The notes under the pieces: generated by a model | What the model was told of the DNA's origin: nothing | Database searches by the model: none | What the model saw: only the letters and a program-made list of their open reading frames with translations | Part shown: positions 7,967-18,038 of the stretch, in pieces | How the letters are laid out: each line of letters opens with the position of its first letter | Position numbering within the stretch: position 1 is the first letter of the stretch | Made by a program: the position numbers and the translations under genes | NCBI GenBank assembly: GCA_947623855.1 | Contig: CANQHW010000001.1 | Coordinates: 1 to 47,169, forward strand | Reading direction: 5' to 3' | Origin: an uncultured Bacilli bacterium | GTDB lineage: Bacteria > Bacillota_I > Bacilli_A > RF39 > UBA660 | DNA length: 47,169 nucleotides

Positions 7967-9055
7967 ATGGAAATTCAACATTTGGAATTATTAAATTTTC
8001 GTAATTATGAACACTTAATTATTGACTTTAATTCGAAGATGAATATTATCTATGGAGATAATGGGGTCGGGAAAAGTAATATTGTGGAAGCAATTTATTG
8101 TTTAGCACTTACAAAGTCTTTTAGAACAACAGAGGATAAAAATTTAATTAGACAGGGAGAAAAAGAAACAAGGATAGTAGCTAAGGTTAAAGAAAGAGTA
8201 GTACATAATTATGAATTAGTTTTAAATGATGAAGGGAAGAAAGCTTTAATTAATGGTAATGCTTATAAGAGATTAAGTGATTATATATCAAAGATTCAAG
8301 TAATTGTTTTTAGTCCGGATGATTTAAAGATGATTAAAGAAAGTCCGAGTGTTAGAAGAAAGCTTTTGAATGTGGATATATCTTTACTTAATAATAATTA
8401 TTTAAAGTATTTAGCTAGTTATAATAAGGTTTTAAAACAGCGAAATGCTTATCTTAAAGCAGTAGCGGTTAATGGGAATAGTTCAATGGATTATTTAGAT
8501 ATTCTAACGAATAATTTAATTGATTATGGGTTAAAAATATATGAATATCGCAAGAATTTTATCAAGGAGCTTAATAAAAAGATTGGAGAAATATATAGTA
8601 AGATAAGTGGGATAGAAGGACTTAATATCAAATATATATCAAGTTATAGTGATGAATCACAGGAAAGTTTAGTAAATCTTTATAAAAAGAGTTTAGAAAG
8701 AGATTTATTTTTAGGGAAGACTAATATAGGGATTCATCATGATGATATAACATTTTTATTACCTTTTGGAGATTTAAAAGATTATGGTTCAGAAGGGCAA
8801 CAAAAGAATGCTATTATAGCTTATAAATTAACGGAAGTAGAGTTATTTAAGAGTATAAATGGTAGTTATCCAATTTTAATATTAGATGATTTATTTAGTG
8901 AGTTAGATAAAAAGAAAATAAATAATATTTTAAATATGTTGGATAAAGATTTACAGACATTTATTACAACTACTAATGTTACTTTTGTAAAGAAGAGTTT
9001 AAGAAATAATAGTAAGTTATATAAAATAGTTGATGGAAAAATTGAGGAGGAATAG
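7967..9055 (+). CDS. recF: DNA replication and repair protein RecF
   Basis: 362 aa; N-terminal LELLNFRNY…[18 protein letters not shown] Walker A; C-terminal [12 protein letters not shown]. Confidence 0.97.
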   Translation: MEIQHLELLNFRNYEHLIIDFNSKMNIIYGDNGVGKSNIVEAIYCLALTKSFRTTEDKNLIRQGEKETRIVAKVKERVVHNYELVLNDEGKKALINGNAYKRLSDYISKIQVIVFSPDDLKMIKESPSVRRKLLNVDISLLNNNYLKYLASYNKVLKQRNAYLKAVAVNGNSSMDYLDILTNNLIDYGLKIYEYRKNFIKELNKKIGEIYSKISGIEGLNIKYISSYSDESQESLVNLYKKSLERDLFLGKTNIGIHHDDITFLLPFGDLKDYGSEGQQKNAIIAYKLTEVELFKSINGSYPILILDDLFSELDKKKINNILNMLDKDLQTFITTTNVTFVKKSLRNNSKLYKIVDGKIEEE

Positions 9056-9057
9056 AT

Positions 9058-10977
9058 ATGCAAGGAGAACATTATGATGCTTCGGATATTCAAGTTTTGG
9101 AAGGATTAGAAGCAGTAAGAAAAAGACCAGGAATGTATATTGGAACGACGGATGTTAAAGGTTTACATCATTTAGTTTGGGAGATTGTTGATAACGCGAT
9201 TGATGAAGCTTTAGCAGGTTATTGTCATAATATTTCGGTCGTTATAAATAAAGATAATTCAATAACTGTTAAGGATGATGGACGGGGTATTCCGGTAGAT
9301 ATTCACCCTAAAACAGGTATTTCGACAGTAGAGACAGTTTATACGGTATTACACGCTGGTGGTAAGTTTGGTGGTGGCGGTTATAAGGTGTCTGGTGGTC
9401 TTCACGGTGTTGGAGCTTCTGTTGTTAATGCATTAAGTAAATGGGTAGAAGTTACGGTTTATAAAAATGGTAAAGTATATTATATGCGGTTTGAAGATGG
9501 AGGACATACCAAAGAAAGCTTACATGTAATTGGAGATTGTGAAGCTAATAGAACGGGGACGATGGTATCTTTTAAACCGGATCCTGATATTTTTGATACA
9601 GATATTTATGATTATGAAACGTTAAAAACCAGAATTAGAGAGTTAGCTTTTTTGAATAAAGGTTTAGCTATTAATTTACGGGATGATCGGGATGAAGAAG
9701 ATACAACGGGAGAGACTTTCCTTTATGAAGGAGGTATTTCTGAGTATGTTAGATTTATTAATCAAGAAAAGACCCCTTTACATGAAGATATTATTCATTT
9801 AAATGGGGAAAAAGATGGGGTTATGTTTGAAGTAGCAATGCAATATAATACTTCTTATAATTCCAATATTTATTCATTTGTTAATAATATTAATACGCAT
9901 GATGGAGGAACACATGAAGAAGGGGTTAAAAGAGCTTTAACAAGAGTTATTAACAATTATGCAAGAAAGACGAATCTGTTAAAAGAAAAAGATGAAAATT
10001 TAAAAGAAGATGATGTTAAAGAAGGTCTTACAATGATTATTTCTTGTAAGCATCCTAATCCCCAATTTGAAGGTCAAACTAAAGGAAGACTTGGAAACTC
10101 TGAGGTTAGAAGTTTAGCAGATAGTGTGTTTGCTGAAGGGTTTGAAAGATTTTTATTAGAAAATCCGAATGAAGCAAGAACAATTATTAATAAAGCTATT
10201 TTAGCTAGAAATGCTCGAATGGCGGCGAAGAAAGCGCGGGAGACGACGAGGAAGAGTGATTTAGCAACAACGAACTTCTTTGGAAAATTATCAGATTGTA
10301 AGAGTAAAGATCCTAGTGTATCCGAGATATTTATAGTCGAGGGAGATAGTGCCGGAGGTTCAGCAAAAAAAGGGCGCGACTCTATGACGCAAGCGATTCT
10401 TCCTTTAAGAGGAAAAATATTAAATGTAGAAAAAGCAAGACTTGATAAAGCTTTAGGTAATGAAGAAATAAAATCGATTATAACAGCGTTTGGGACGGGG
10501 ATTGGCGAATATTTTGATTTAACAAAATTACGTTACGATAAAATTATTATTATGACCGATGCCGATGTTGATGGGGCCCATATTAGAGTATTACTTTTAA
10601 CTTTATTTTATCGTTTCTTTAGACCGATTGTGGAAGCGGGACATGTTTATGCGGCGCAACCACCATTATTTAGAATAATGCATGGTAAAACAAGAAAATA
10701 TGTTTTAACAGAAGAGGAAAAGAATGCTTATTTAGCTACTTTACCAGAAAATATTCGAAATAGAGCAGAGATTGCCCGAATGAAAGGGTTAGGAGAAATG
10801 GATGCTGAAGAGTTAAATGAAACAACTATGGATATTAAGTATCGAACTTTAAGAAAGATTACGGTAGATGATTGTGTAGCAGCGGATGCGGTATTTGAAA
10901 AATTAATGGGTGAAGAAGTAGAACCTAGAAGACAATTTATTGAAGAAAATGCTCTTAGTGCGACATTGGATATTTAG
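9058..10977 (+). CDS. gyrB: DNA gyrase subunit B
   Basis: 639 aa with [39 protein letters not shown], and [12 protein letters not shown] (Toprim). Confidence 0.98.
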   Translation: MQGEHYDASDIQVLEGLEAVRKRPGMYIGTTDVKGLHHLVWEIVDNAIDEALAGYCHNISVVINKDNSITVKDDGRGIPVDIHPKTGISTVETVYTVLHAGGKFGGGGYKVSGGLHGVGASVVNALSKWVEVTVYKNGKVYYMRFEDGGHTKESLHVIGDCEANRTGTMVSFKPDPDIFDTDIYDYETLKTRIRELAFLNKGLAINLRDDRDEEDTTGETFLYEGGISEYVRFINQEKTPLHEDIIHLNGEKDGVMFEVAMQYNTSYNSNIYSFVNNINTHDGGTHEEGVKRALTRVINNYARKTNLLKEKDENLKEDDVKEGLTMIISCKHPNPQFEGQTKGRLGNSEVRSLADSVFAEGFERFLLENPNEARTIINKAILARNARMAAKKARETTRKSDLATTNFFGKLSDCKSKDPSVSEIFIVEGDSAGGSAKKGRDSMTQAILPLRGKILNVEKARLDKALGNEEIKSIITAFGTGIGEYFDLTKLRYDKIIIMTDADVDGAHIRVLLLTLFYRFFRPIVEAGHVYAAQPPLFRIMHGKTRKYVLTEEEKNAYLATLPENIRNRAEIARMKGLGEMDAEELNETTMDIKYRTLRKITVDDCVAADAVFEKLMGEEVEPRRQFIEENALSATLDI

Positions 10978-10990
10978 GAGGTGAGGATTA

Positions 10991-13564
10991 ATGGAAAACA
11001 ATGATGATTTAAAAGAATTACTGGATAGAGCCGAAGAAGATGCTAAGGAAGTAGAAAATACTGAAGAATCTATAATTAGTGAGGATGTTGTTAACGAGGA
11101 AAAGACAGAGTTTGGTGGGGTTTTTCACGAACATGATAAGATTGATCAAAATAATATTGTTGATGAAGTTAAATCTTCTTTCTTAGATTATTCGATTAGT
11201 GTTATTACGTCTCGTGCGATTCCCGATTTAAGAGATGGTTTAAAACCAGTGCATAGAAGAATATTATGGTCAATGTATGAGAATGGGAATACTCCGGATA
11301 AACCACATCGGAAATGTGCGAAGACCGTGGGTGAAGTTATGGGTAATTACCATCCTCATGGTGATAGTTCAATTTATGATGCTTTAGTAAGACTTGCCCA
11401 AGATTTTAATCAACGTTATATGTTAGTTGATGGTCATGGTAACTTTGGTAATATTGAAGGAGATGGAGCTGCGGCTTATCGGTATACGGAAGCACGTCTT
11501 GCTAAAATATCTTTAGAATTATTAAGAGATATTAATAAAAATACGGTGGATATGGATGATAACTTTGATGTTACGATGAAAGAGCCGACAGTTTTACCAG
11601 CGAGATTTCCAAATGTTTTAGTTAATGGATCAATGGGCATTGCGGTTGGTATGGCAACCAATATTCCACCTCATAATTTAGGAGAAGTTATTGATGGATG
11701 TATTGCTTATATAGATAATCCAGATATTGATACAACTGGTCTTATGCAATATATTAAGGGTCCAGATTTTCCAACAGGTGGGGTTATTTTAGGTAATTCG
11801 GGAATTAGAAAAGCTTATGAAACAGGTCGTGGATCAATTACGATTCGAAGTAAGGCTGAAATAGTCGAAAAAGGTAATCATAATGAGATAATTGTAACGG
11901 AAGTACCTTATGGTGTTAATACAATGGAACTTAAGAATAGAGTGGCAGAATTAGTACGGGATAAGGTTATTGATGGGATATCAGATTATCATACGGATTT
12001 AAAAGATGGCGTAAAGATTACGATTACTTTAAAGAAGGATGCTAATCCGCAAGTTGTATTAAATAATTTATATAAACATACCAATTTTCAAGTTAATTAT
12101 GGAATTATATTATTAGTTTTAGATAATGGAGTTCCTAGAACTTTAGGATTAAAAGATATTATTTCTAAGTATGTAGATCATCAAATAGAAGTAATTGTTA
12201 GAAGAACGAAATATGATTTAGCTAAAGCTGAGGAAAGAGTTCATATTTTAGAGGGTTTAAGATTAGCTTTAGATAATATTGATGAAGTTGTTAGGATAAT
12301 CCGGGCTGCAGAAAGTGATGATGAAGCTCGTACTAATTTAATGAATAGATTTAGTTTAGATGAGATTCAAGCAAATAGTATTTTAGAGATGCGTTTACGT
12401 CGTTTAACTGGTTTAGAACGAGGAAAGATTGAAGCAGAATTAACGGATTTAAATGAAAAGATTGCAGATTATCGGGATATTTTAGCTAATCATCAAAGAG
12501 TATTAGATATAATTAAAGAAGAAATGCTTGATATTAAGAAACGGTTTGCTGATGAGCGAAGAACACATATTGATATGACAGCGATTGATTATATTGAGGA
12601 TGAATCTTTAATTCCTAAGGAAAATGTAATTGTGACTTTGACAAATAAGGGATATATTAAGAGAACAACGAGTGATACTTATCGTAGCCAAAATCGAGGG
12701 GGAGTTGGAGTTAAGGGTATGACAACGAATGAAGAAGATTTCGTGGAGCATATGATTAATTTATCAACACATGATTATATTTTATTCTTCAGTAATAAGG
12801 GTAAAGTTTATCGGATGAAGGGTTATGAAATACCAGAATATGGTAGAAATGCTAAGGGATTACCTATTATTAATTTATTACAAATAGATAAGGAAGATAA
12901 TATTAGATCAATTATTACGGTTGGTAGAGAAGAACCTTGTAAATACTTATTATTTGCTACGAAGAATGGAATTGTCAAACGTACAGATTTAAAAGAGTTT
13001 GAAAATATTCGAAATAATGGAAAATTAGCGTTAACGTTAAAGGAAAATGATGAACTTATTGCAGTACGGAAGACGACTGGTAAAGATATTGTTATGTTAG
13101 GATCTAGTGAAGGAAGAATTGTTAAGTTTAGAGAAGATGAAGTTAGAGTTATGGGCCGTAGTGCTAGTGGTGTTAGAGGTATTAATTTAGATAACGCTAC
13201 TTGTATTGGTGCAGAAATAACTACGGAAGACGATGAGGTATTAATTGTAACAGAAAAAGGTTATGGTAAAAAAACGTTTGTTCGTGATTTTAGAGAAACA
13301 AGAAGAGGAAGCAAGGGAGTAAAAGGATTAAATATTACGGATAAGAACGGAAAGTTATCCACATTTAAAATTGTTGGAGATAAGAAGGATGTAGTAATCG
13401 TAACTAATTCGGGTATGATAATTCGGATGCCGCTTGATCAAATATCTACTTTAGGTCGGGTAACACAAGGAGTTAGGTTAATCCATCTGAAGGATGAGCA
13501 AATAGTATCTACTATTAGTTTATTGGATGGTGAGGAATCTATTGAAGAAAAGGAAGAAAATTAA
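10991..13564 (+). CDS. gyrA: DNA gyrase subunit A (with acidic N-terminal extension)
   Basis: 857 aa with SFLDYSISVITSRAIPD, HPHGD and AAAYRYTEARL (catalytic Tyr). Strong RBS AGGAGGTGA ahead of the ATG at 10991. Confidence 0.97.
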   Translation: MENNDDLKELLDRAEEDAKEVENTEESIISEDVVNEEKTEFGGVFHEHDKIDQNNIVDEVKSSFLDYSISVITSRAIPDLRDGLKPVHRRILWSMYENGNTPDKPHRKCAKTVGEVMGNYHPHGDSSIYDALVRLAQDFNQRYMLVDGHGNFGNIEGDGAAAYRYTEARLAKISLELLRDINKNTVDMDDNFDVTMKEPTVLPARFPNVLVNGSMGIAVGMATNIPPHNLGEVIDGCIAYIDNPDIDTTGLMQYIKGPDFPTGGVILGNSGIRKAYETGRGSITIRSKAEIVEKGNHNEIIVTEVPYGVNTMELKNRVAELVRDKVIDGISDYHTDLKDGVKITITLKKDANPQVVLNNLYKHTNFQVNYGIILLVLDNGVPRTLGLKDIISKYVDHQIEVIVRRTKYDLAKAEERVHILEGLRLALDNIDEVVRIIRAAESDDEARTNLMNRFSLDEIQANSILEMRLRRLTGLERGKIEAELTDLNEKIADYRDILANHQRVLDIIKEEMLDIKKRFADERRTHIDMTAIDYIEDESLIPKENVIVTLTNKGYIKRTTSDTYRSQNRGGVGVKGMTTNEEDFVEHMINLSTHDYILFFSNKGKVYRMKGYEIPEYGRNAKGLPIINLLQIDKEDNIRSIITVGREEPCKYLLFATKNGIVKRTDLKEFENIRNNGKLALTLKENDELIAVRKTTGKDIVMLGSSEGRIVKFREDEVRVMGRSASGVRGINLDNATCIGAEITTEDDEVLIVTEKGYGKKTFVRDFRETRRGSKGVKGLNITDKNGKLSTFKIVGDKKDVVIVTNSGMIIRMPLDQISTLGRVTQGVRLIHLKDEQIVSTISLLDGEESIEEKEEN

Positions 13565-13578
13565 TTCTTCTTTTTTTA

Positions 13579-13594
13579 TGTTCCACGTGGAACA
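13579..13594. other. parS (Spo0J/ParB binding site) 1
   Basis: TGTTCCACGTGGAACA, a perfect 16-bp palindrome embedded in the 18-bp ATGTTCCACGTGGAACAT. Compare the B. subtilis consensus TGTTNCACGTGAAACA. Confidence 0.8.
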
Positions 13595-13656
13595 TCGATA
13601 GATGAGTAAATTAATATATATTTTATTAACAAATATTTTTATATAAGTAATTTTAA

Positions 13657-13672
13657 TGTTCCACGTGGAACG
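13657..13672. other. parS 2
   Basis: TGTTCCACGTGGAACG; one change from the palindrome at the last base. Confidence 0.7.
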
Positions 13673-13858
13673 TTAACTAAAAATTTTAAATGTAGAAACT
13701 TATTTATATAAATGATAGAGTAATATGTAATGTAATAAGTTTTTTATATTCTTTTACTAAAGTTATAAACAATTATTAAAAAAATTAACTTTAGATATTT
13801 TATATGTACACAAATATTTATTAAGGAGATAGCATATTCAAAATAAACGAATAAATAA

Positions 13859-13874
13859 TGTTCCACGTGGAACA
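13859..13874. other. parS 3
   Basis: TGTTCCACGTGGAACA within ATGTTCCACGTGGAACAT, identical to site 1. Confidence 0.8.
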
Positions 13875-13919
13875 TTTATGATAAAGTTGATTAATAAAAA
13901 TGAATCTGTTAGAATTAGT

Positions 13920-13995
13920 TTGTGCAACACTTATGATTGAACCTGGTCAGAGTAGGAATACAGCAGCCATAAGGTCCTCTAAGTGTGTGCACTTT
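13920..13995 (+). ncRNA. ffs: Small (4.5S-type) SRP RNA
   Basis: CCUGGUCAGAGUAGGAAUACAGCAGCCAUAAGG matches the domain IV core of E. coli 4.5S (CCAGGUCAGGUCCGGAAGGAAGCAGCCAAGG). The closing helix is GUGCAACACUUA / UAAGUGUGUGCAC, followed by a T7 run. Promoter TTGATT (13887-13892), 17 nt, TGtTAGAAT (-10 at 13910-13915). Bacillus has scr next to tadA and dnaX. Ends are approximate. Confidence 0.8.
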
Positions 13996-14011
13996 TTTTG
14001 TAGGTGATAGA

Positions 14012-14428
14012 ATGAATAATAAAATTTTAAAAGAATTAGATAAATTATCCACAAGAGCTTTTTCATTAAAAGAGATCCCAGTGGGAGCAGTAGTGGTGAA
14101 AAATGATAAAATTGTGGGAAGAGGATACAATAATCGTCAAAGTAAGAAAACGGTTACTGGACACGCTGAGATTATGGCAATTAATAAAGCTGCCCAAAAA
14201 TTAGGCGACTGGCGGTTGGATGGGTGTGCTTTATATGTTACTTTAAAACCGTGTGCAATGTGTGAAGAGGTAATCAAAAACAGCCGTATTAAAGATGTAT
14301 ATTTTATTTTGGATAATACAACAAATAATTATCAACATGTTAAATTAAATTATCAAAAAATAGAAGTAAAAACTTTAGAAGAAACTTTAATTGAAAGATT
14401 AAATAAGTTTTTTAAAGAGATAAGATAA
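14012..14428 (+). CDS. tadA: tRNA-specific adenosine deaminase TadA
   Basis: HAEIMAI and PCAMC zinc motifs. Start moved to ATG 14012 (MNNKILKEL, AGGTGA RBS) because the track start at 13985 overlaps the SRP RNA. Confidence 0.9.
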   Translation: MNNKILKELDKLSTRAFSLKEIPVGAVVVKNDKIVGRGYNNRQSKKTVTGHAEIMAINKAAQKLGDWRLDGCALYVTLKPCAMCEEVIKNSRIKDVYFILDNTTNNYQHVKLNYQKIEVKTLEETLIERLNKFFKEIR

Positions 14429-14522
14429 CATTTACAGATAGTGGAATAAATTATGTTATTTTTTGATGCTAAAAATTAAGGAGTATGATATAATTAATCT
14501 ATAGAAACAGCGAGGTATTACT

Positions 14523-16094
14523 ATGGAATATAAGGTACTATATAGAAAATATCGTCCCCAAGATTTTAATGCTTTAATTGGACAAGAATGGACGGCAAAG
14601 CTTTTAAAAAATGCTATAAATAATAATAAAATCTCCCACGCATATATATTTACGGGGTCGAGAGGAACGGGAAAGACTAGTTCAGCACGGATTTTTGCCA
14701 AAGCAATAAATTGTGAACATCCAGTTGATGGTAATCCTTGTAATGAGTGTGAAGCGTGCAAAAATTTTGAAAATAATCCAGATATTATAGAAATAGATGC
14801 CGCATCTAATAATGGAGTTGATGAAATAAGAGAACTTATTAATAATATACGTCTTGCTCCAACGACATCTAAATATAAAGTTTATATTGTGGATGAGTTT
14901 CATATGTTATCCACAAGTGCTTTTAATGCTTTACTTTTAACTTTAGAAGAACCACCTTCAAATATTGTTTTTATTTTAGCAACAACCGATATTCAAAGTG
15001 TTCCAATAACAATCATTTCACGGTGTCAAAGGTTTGATTTTAAACCAATTGGGGAAGAAGTTTTAGTATCCCATTTGAAAATGATTGCGGAGAAGGAAAA
15101 TATTAAAATAACAGAGGAAGCTTTAATGGAAATTGCTTCTTTAGCTAATGGGGGAGTTAGGGATGCTTTAGGAATGCTTGATCAAATATCTAGTCAAATA
15201 GATGATATATCTATTACAGATATAGAAAGTTTGTTCGGTACAGTAGCAATGGAAAAAGTAGTTAACTTGTTAGATACTTTAGAAAATAACGATGTAGATT
15301 TAATGCTTACTACTTTACAAGAATTAAAAAATAGTGGAGTCAATGTTAATTTACTTATTAAAAAATTAATTGAGGTATTAAAAAATACTTTAATTAAAAT
15401 CCGTAAAAAGGAATATAACGGTAATTTAAATGATGAATTAATATATAATTTAATTATGGAACTTAATAGATGTATTAATGAAAGTAAAAATAGTTTAGCG
15501 ACTTTTGATCTTTTAGAAGTTATATTATTAAAGTATAATTATTTCCCGGGAAATAAAAATGAAGAAGAAAATAAGATAAATACCGAATCTGTTGAAATAA
15601 AAGAAGAAGAAAAGACAGAGGAAGTAAAAGCGATGATAAATATAGATGTTGAAACTAGAATTAATAATTGCTTTGTTAATGCTAAAAAGAATTATTTAAT
15701 GGATATTCAACAAATGTGGAATGATTTTATTATATATGAAGCTAATGCAAATAAAGAATTAATGGCTTATATAGCAGATACTGAACCAATGACGGCTTCG
15801 GATGCTTATTTAATTATTTCTAATAAAATGGATATTAATAATGATTTACTAAATCAAAATATGAGTTCATTAGAAAATGATTTTAATAAATTTTTTGGTA
15901 AAAATTATAAAATTGTAGCAGTAAATACAAAAAAATGGGATGAGCTTAAAAAAGAGTATGTTAATAATATTAAAAATGGAGTAAAATATATATATCGGGA
16001 AGAGAAAAGTTTAGATTTACCGATAGATAATAAGGAAAATGAATTAGAAAAATTGGCTAAGGAAATATTTGGCAGTAATTATGAAGTAGAATAG
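14523..16094 (+). CDS. dnaX: DNA polymerase III subunit gamma/tau
   Basis: 523 aa with GSRGTGKTSSARIFAKAINC, a CxxC zinc module (CNECEACKNF), and VYIVDEFHML. Confidence 0.96.
   Translation: MEYKVLYRKYRPQDFNALIGQEWTAKLLKNAINNNKISHAYIFTGSRGTGKTSSARIFAKAINCEHPVDGNPCNECEACKNFENNPDIIEIDAASNNGVDEIRELINNIRLAPTTSKYKVYIVDEFHMLSTSAFNALLLTLEEPPSNIVFILATTDIQSVPITIISRCQRFDFKPIGEEVLVSHLKMIAEKENIKITEEALMEIASLANGGVRDALGMLDQISSQIDDISITDIESLFGTVAMEKVVNLLDTLENNDVDLMLTTLQELKNSGVNVNLLIKKLIEVLKNTLIKIRKKEYNGNLNDELIYNLIMELNRCINESKNSLATFDLLEVILLKYNYFPGNKNEEENKINTESVEIKEEEKTEEVKAMINIDVETRINNCFVNAKKNYLMDIQQMWNDFIIYEANANKELMAYIADTEPMTASDAYLIISNKMDINNDLLNQNMSSLENDFNKFFGKNYKIVAVNTKKWDELKKEYVNNIKNGVKYIYREEKSLDLPIDNKENELEKLAKEIFGSNYEVE
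15541..15554. other. Noc-binding-site (NBS) palindrome, exact
   Basis: ATTTCCCGGGAAAT is identical to the published B. subtilis 14-bp NBS consensus. It lies inside dnaX. Confidence 0.6.
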
Positions 16095-16113
16095 GAAAGG
16101 AAATGATTGATAG

Positions 16114-16410
16114 ATGAATATGCAAGCATTAATGCAACAAGCTCAAAAAATGCAACGAGATATTATGAAGAAAAAGGAAGAAATAAACCAAAAAGAATTT
16201 ACGGGGACCAGTGAACTTGTAGATGTAGTGGTTTTAGGGGATAAAACAATTAAATCTGTAAAAATAAAAGATGTCGAATTATCTAGTGATGATAGAGAAG
16301 TTTTAGAAGATATGGTGGTTTTAGCAATTAATGATGCTATGAAAAAAGTCGATGCGGAAACGGAAAAAGTTATGGGACCTTTAGGTGGTTCTTTAAATGG
16401 GTTATTATGA
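16114..16410 (+). CDS. ybaB: YbaB/EbfC nucleoid-associated protein
   Basis: 98 aa (MNMQALMQQAQKMQRDIMKKKEE…); conserved dnaX-ybaB-recR order. Confidence 0.93.
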   Translation: MNMQALMQQAQKMQRDIMKKKEEINQKEFTGTSELVDVVVLGDKTIKSVKIKDVELSSDDREVLEDMVVLAINDAMKKVDAETEKVMGPLGGSLNGLL

Positions 16411-17006
16411 TATATCCAGAAGTATTAGATAAATCTATTGAGTTATTGAAAAAGCTACCAGGAATTGGTGAAAGAACAGCTGAAAGGATTGCTTTAGCTA
16501 TTAATGAGTTTTCTAAAGATGATGTAACAGATCTTGCAACTTCTTTAGTGGAGTGTAAAAATGAGTTACATCCTTGTCATATTTGTGGGTCTTTAACGGA
16601 TAAAGATATTTGCCGGATATGCGATAATCCTTTAAGAGAAAAGGATGTAATATGTGTTGTAGAGAATTTTAAAGATGTTTTTACTTTTGAAAAAAGTGAA
16701 GCTTTTAGTGGAGTTTATCATGTATTAAATGGACTTATATCACCGATAGATAATATTGGACCTGATGATATTAATATTGCATCATTAATGAGTAGGTTAA
16801 ATGATTTAGAACAAGGGGAGATTATTATTGCTTTAAGACCGTGTATTGAAGGGGATGCTACGACGATGTATTTAAAGAAAATTTTAGAAAAGAGTAATAT
16901 TAAAGTATCCCGTCTTCCTTATGGAATACCTATGGGAGTAGAAATAGATTATTTAGATGGTGTAACAATTGATAGAGCAATGAAAGATCGGATTAATATA
17001 TCATAA
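16407..17006 (+). CDS. recR: Recombination protein RecR
   Basis: 199 aa with HhH (LPGIGERTAERIA), a C4 zinc finger (CHICGSLTDKDICRIC), and Toprim. Confidence 0.96.
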   Translation: MIYPEVLDKSIELLKKLPGIGERTAERIALAINEFSKDDVTDLATSLVECKNELHPCHICGSLTDKDICRICDNPLREKDVICVVENFKDVFTFEKSEAFSGVYHVLNGLISPIDNIGPDDINIASLMSRLNDLEQGEIIIALRPCIEGDATTMYLKKILEKSNIKVSRLPYGIPMGVEIDYLDGVTIDRAMKDRINIS

Positions 17007-17034
17007 ATTTTGAAATAACTAGTATAATTTACTG

Positions 17035-17226
17035 GTGATTATTATAAAAATATTAGTTAAAGTAGTAAGAAAAGTAATATTTGCTTTTTTAGTGTTATAT
17101 GGGTTGAATGTAATATTAAATTCTGTAAATTTTAATATACCAATTAATTTAGTAACTTTAAGTATAGGAACAGTTTTAGGAATACCAGGGGTAATAGTAC
17201 TTATAATACTTAAGTTACTTATTTAG
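17035..17226 (+). CDS. bofA: BofA-family pro-sigma-K processing inhibitor-like membrane protein
   Basis: 63 aa, GTG start. NIPINLVTLSIGTVLGIPGVIVLIIL resembles B. subtilis BofA (…VPINLVTTAISGILGIPGIAALVVIK). Position after recR, as in Bacillus. Confidence 0.7.
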   Translation: MIIIKILVKVVRKVIFAFLVLYGLNVILNSVNFNIPINLVTLSIGTVLGIPGVIVLIILKLLI

Positions 17227-17243
17227 TAATAAGAGGTGTAGGG

Positions 17244-18038
17244 ATGGTAGTAAATAGGTTTTTAGATTATGTAAATAAACAACTTGAGAATAAGCGTTTA
17301 GCTCATGTTTTTTTACTTGAGACGAATAATATGGAGTTATGTTATAAAGAGGTATGTGAAGTAATAAAAAGTTTAAACTGTCCTCATAAATATATAAAAG
17401 ATTGTAATGAGGAATGTAATTTATGTTATTTAGTAGATAGTGAATCTTTACCTTCTATGGTTAAAATACAAGCTGATGGGGCATTTATTAAGAAAAATCA
17501 AGTGTTAGAGTTAAAGGAAAAGTTATCTTTTAAACCTATTTATTCTAGGTATAATACATATATTCTTTTAGAAGCAGATAAATTAAATGTGCAAGCTGCT
17601 AATACTATTTTAAAATTTTTAGAGGAACCAGAAGATAATATTTTGGGTTTTTTAATTACTACTAATAAAGAAAATATTATTACAACAATAAAAAGTAGGT
17701 GTCAAACTTTTAGTTTAATGTATGGAGATGTAGTTGATAGTGATGAATCAATGAGAGAGGTAGCTAAAAGTTATTTAGAAAAGGTTGTAGCAAAAAAAGG
17801 ATTAATGGTTAATAGGTTAGATTTAGATAGAGAAGAAGTTTTAACTTTATTTAAAAATATGCTTAGTTTAGTAAAAGAAGATGTTATAAAGAATAATTTT
17901 TTGAAAATAGATGATTTTAAGAAAATAAAAATAATGGATTTAATAGAAAATTTATTGCAAAAAATTAAATATAATGTTAATTTAGATATGTTATTAGATA
18001 GTTTTTATATAGAAGTGGGGCGAATTATAAATGGATAA
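17244..18038 (+). CDS. holB: DNA polymerase III delta-prime subunit
   Basis: 264 aa. AHVFLLE and …LKFLEEPEDNILGFLIT…IKSRCQ are typical clamp-loader delta-prime motifs. Position before ricT. Confidence 0.85.
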   Translation: MVVNRFLDYVNKQLENKRLAHVFLLETNNMELCYKEVCEVIKSLNCPHKYIKDCNEECNLCYLVDSESLPSMVKIQADGAFIKKNQVLELKEKLSFKPIYSRYNTYILLEADKLNVQAANTILKFLEEPEDNILGFLITTNKENIITTIKSRCQTFSLMYGDVVDSDESMREVAKSYLEKVVAKKGLMVNRLDLDREEVLTLFKNMLSLVKEDVIKNNFLKIDDFKKIKIMDLIENLLQKIKYNVNLDMLLDSFYIEVGRIING

